Shown here piece by piece: positions 1-64,000 of a stretch of DNA of 64,000 nucleotides. The translations under genes and the position numbers were made by a program. The notes under the pieces are model-generated. The model ran no database searches. It was not told the origin of the DNA and saw only the letters and a list, made by a program, of their open reading frames with translations. Origin of the DNA: Gracilinanus agilis (Eukaryota); contig NC_058132.1 of assembly GCF_016433145.1 (NCBI RefSeq), positions 523,130,812 through 523,194,811 of the forward strand, read 5' to 3'. The stretch's first letter is position 1, and each line of letters begins with the position of its first letter.

Positions 1-209
1 GACCCAGGAGGGTTAAGTGGTTTGTTTGTCCATGATTGTTCATACTGTAGCTTGGATCCAAACCCAGTTTGACTGATTCTTGGTCCATTGTCCTTGTTGA
101 TATACTGTCTTTCAGGAGTAATTACTACAGCTCTTCCATGATTAGTTAAGGGAAGCTTTTTGAAAAACAGGCAGGATATTGGTTTTCTCCTTGAAATCAT
201 TTGCACAAC

Positions 210-720
210 AAAATGAAGTGAGCAGAACCAGGAAAAAAGTGCATACACAGATCAATTGTGAAGGACCAAACTATTTGTAGCAAAACAAGATTCTAAGTTA
301 ACCTCAAGGAACTCATGATAAAAAAAAAAAAATCACTATCCACAACTTTAGCTGAAAAAAATGTTGGAATCTAATTGCAGATAAAAGCAGGCCACCTTTC
401 ATTTTATTTCCTTCATGAATTTTTTATTGTATATGTTTTATATGTCTTCAGTCAGTCGTGACATAGGAAATATGGAATATATACATTGCATGAAAGCACT
501 GGTAAAACATATATCAGACAATTTACCACCTAGCGGTGAGGGAGCGAGAGAATCTGAATCGTAAAATGTCAGAAAACCATTGTCAAAAATTATTTCTACT
601 TGTAATAAAAAATGGAATTTAACGTATTATATTTGTATACACATATAAACATACTTATATATGTAATTATATTAATTAAAATTAATTAAAGTGACAGAAA
701 TTAAAAAAACAAATTGAAAA
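210..720 (+). mobile_element. Old LINE-1 3' end fragment
   Basis: gaagtgagcagaaccagga motif and A-rich tail typical of marsupial L1 3' ends; boundaries approximate. Confidence 0.55.
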
Positions 721-1366
721 AAATCATTAGTTTCATGACTGATTATATTAACTCAGCAAATCTGTTTTGGCTGAAATGGACAGAAACCTGGCCATGGCTT
801 ATATGATGTGGTTCACCCACTAGATCTTGTTATTAAATCCCAGAAAATAGTGATTTCTATTGTTTGTCTGACTATATACAGGTTCAGTTTCAATTTTTCT
901 AACTTTAATTCTAGACTTGTCTATCGTTTCACTTTCACACGATTCTACTGTTTGTAAAGTTCTTTCACATAGAGCTGGAAGCCTCAAGTGGTTGTAATTT
1001 CAAAAGCCTATTTGTACAGTTCCTTCTCAGGGACCCTTCATTACAAAGCTTCATTTTTCATATTCAAAGCTTGAACATCATGATTTCTTACAATTAAAGG
1101 AAATCATGTAACTCTAGCCTCCCAAAGTGTGTCATCTTTCTTTGTTTTTGTGAGGAACTTTTGCTGTTGTTGTTCCCAGCACCTGGTTGTCATTGTGGCT
1201 TTGTTTTGCCAGTGTTCTGGGCAGTAAGCCTACCCTTTTTGGATTTCCTTTACTACCCTGTACAGTTCCCCATATTTTTGCATTTAAAATGGGTTTCCTA
1301 AAAAGTAATAAGTGTAATTAGCAACTGTGTATTATTTCTAGTGAAGCCTACAAATTATGCATTTAA

Positions 1367-62000
<60,634 letters not shown>

Positions 62001-63182
62001 TAATCCATTAATATCAATCAAAGCTACTTTAGACAAAATACCAACATTACAAAAAGGTAACTTTAAAAGGGGGAAAAAAAAAGAAAATACTCACTAGACT
62101 AGCTGATCCAGAGCTTTCCAGTTTGTATGATACTATGAACCAGTTAATGCTGTTTCAAAGTGCCTAATTTTTATAATTATCAGTGAGGCTCACAGCCCTA
62201 AAGTGATAATTTTATCAGTTGCAGGCAAGGGTTAATGACATTCCTAAAAGTGACTGATTTGTGTCCAGGGAGTGCCTCATCTCCTAAAAGAACACAGTTT
62301 ATCTAGCCTAGATATTTAGATATATTTTCATTCCAGTCACCAAGTCATATGAACTTCTTCTAAAGACAGTGAAAAGCTTTATAATTGGCTTCCAACATGC
62401 TTAAGTGGGAAAATACTGAGGATTCATTCTTCCTTGGCTGGGCATTGGGATAGCATATGGATATACAGCAGAAATTATCTCTAGGACCTACTATTACTAG
62501 GACAAAGCATAATTTCGTCTCCAAAACCAATCATCTACAAGTCTATTAAAAAAATACAGACAGTAATCAAAATCCTGGAGAGACTTGTGCTATTAGGAAC
62601 AGCTGGTAAAGAAATCCTATTTCTTCCCATCAGCCTTTGTGATGATGCAATTGTTATTTGAGGTTAATGACCTGGAGTAAATCCAGCATTTTGAGAAGGT
62701 TCCTCTGAGGGCATCTAAGCTTTGCAGTGTATTTACAATCCAGTCAGGTTCTAGAGATAAACCCATCATCTTAAAACACAGTAGACCAGCAGGATGTCCC
62801 TTCTTGTACCATCAGCCAGATATAGGTGTATCCTTTGTACTTTCAGAATGCCATATACTATTTGTCACTACCAATAAGGTGGTGCTGATCATAGGGACTT
62901 CTATCAACAACTTAGGCTTACAAAAAGTTTCCCAAGGTGATGGGGTTGTTTACGTTAAAGCCTCCTAACCCCTTTGTCCGAATTACCTGATTTAAAGCAG
63001 CATGGTAGTAGATAGATATCTGACCTTGGAGTTTTTATCAATTGGGTTCTAGTCCTATTTTTATAACATAATAATTGTATGAACATAGACAAGTTGATGC
63101 TTGGTGCTCTAGCCAATGCTTGACAGTTAAGTCAGCATTAGAGGAGGGAACTCCTTATGCCAATGAAATCATGGGTCTAGAA

Positions 63183-63376
63183 CAGTGGTTCCCAAACTTT
63201 TTTGGCCTACTGCCCCCTTTCCAGAAAAAAATATTACTTAGCCCCCTGGAAATTAATTTTTAAAAATTTTAATAGCAATTAATAGGAAAGATAAATGCAC
63301 CTGTGGCCATCACCACCCCGCCTGGATCCCTGCAGCACCCACCAGGGGGCAGTGGCACCTACTTTGGGAATCACTG
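63183..63376. mobile_element. hAT (Charlie-group) MITE, 194 bp, OposCharlie1-like
   Basis: TIRs cagtggttcccaaact / actttgggaatcactg (14/16); 8-bp TSD gtctagaa / gtctagag (NTCTAGAN target); family name from memory. Confidence 0.88.
63339..63352 (+). promoter_or_regulatory. CTCF core motif CCACCAGGGGGCAG inside the MITE
   Basis: Exact match to the CTCF core consensus; occupancy unknown. Confidence 0.5.
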
Positions 63377-64000
63377 GTCTAGAGCATCATCATCAACAAC
63401 AACAACAAGGCCATAGGCAAAAATGCAGACTAAAAAATCAGATAAGATGATTAGAAAGAGACAGGTGATAAAATGAGGTTGTGAGAAAAGAAGTGCATTA
63501 AGAAAAGTGAAAGAGAAGAGGGCTGTATTTTTTTTTCTATGAAGGAAAGGTCTCTTTGTAAAATAAAGCAGAAGGGGGGACTTGTAGAGGGATGAGGCTG
63601 AAATTACAGAAAAGCTGGAATTAAGGCTCAGGCTGGCCAGGGGAATATAGAAGTGGAAGATTAAAAAACACAAGTTTACCTATGCCAACATCTTTCAAGT
63701 CCTCCTTTCTGGAATGCAGATAGCTCAGTTAAACTGATTTGCTCATCAATATTCTCACTGGATATATGCCCAGCAAATACACCCTAGTAGCAAATAGATA
63801 AAATTTAGTGAGATGTTTAAGTGAAAAAATGTAGGAAAAGGTAATGTATAGAGAGTACTTCAAATTTAGAGCTAGGGCCTCCTCCTTTTCTTGATACTTT
63901 TAATTGATTATCTTACGTTCCTTCTTCACCATGCTACTAATCAATCTTCCTTATCCCTTCAGATTCCTTTTCCTTTCTTTTTTTACATATGGAAATAAGT

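Overview
This is eukaryotic genomic DNA (AT-rich, CpG-depleted) from a marsupial, most likely a didelphid opossum, judged by young SINE-1-type elements plus MAR1, WALLSI4-like, MIR, L2, L3/CR1 and opossum-type L1 fragments. The whole window lies inside one + strand gene, NALCN (sodium leak channel, non-selective). I traced 24 consecutive GT-AG coding exons (about human exons 19-42, numbering from memory). They join into one uninterrupted frame of 2713 nt running from the DII-DIII linker through domains III and IV, including selectivity-filter K and E, into the C-terminal tail. The gene's start and end lie outside the window. The ORF track is almost entirely noise or partial exon overlap. Positions 1199-4099 and 4101-7001 are an apparently identical 2901-bp tandem copy split by a single N, most likely an assembly artefact. 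I found no convincing new multi-gene system. The best leads are: (i) an antisense SINE-1 copy that appears to have gained a 3' splice site and forms a complete candidate poison exon; (ii) a recursive-splicing motif at exon 26 that regenerates the upstream donor; (iii) a hAT MITE resembling the horizontally transferred OposCharlie1 group that carries a perfect CTCF core; (iv) a solo LTR with a 6-bp TSD. All splicing and CTCF ideas are motif-level inferences and need RNA or ChIP data. Repeat family names and human residue comparisons are from memory.
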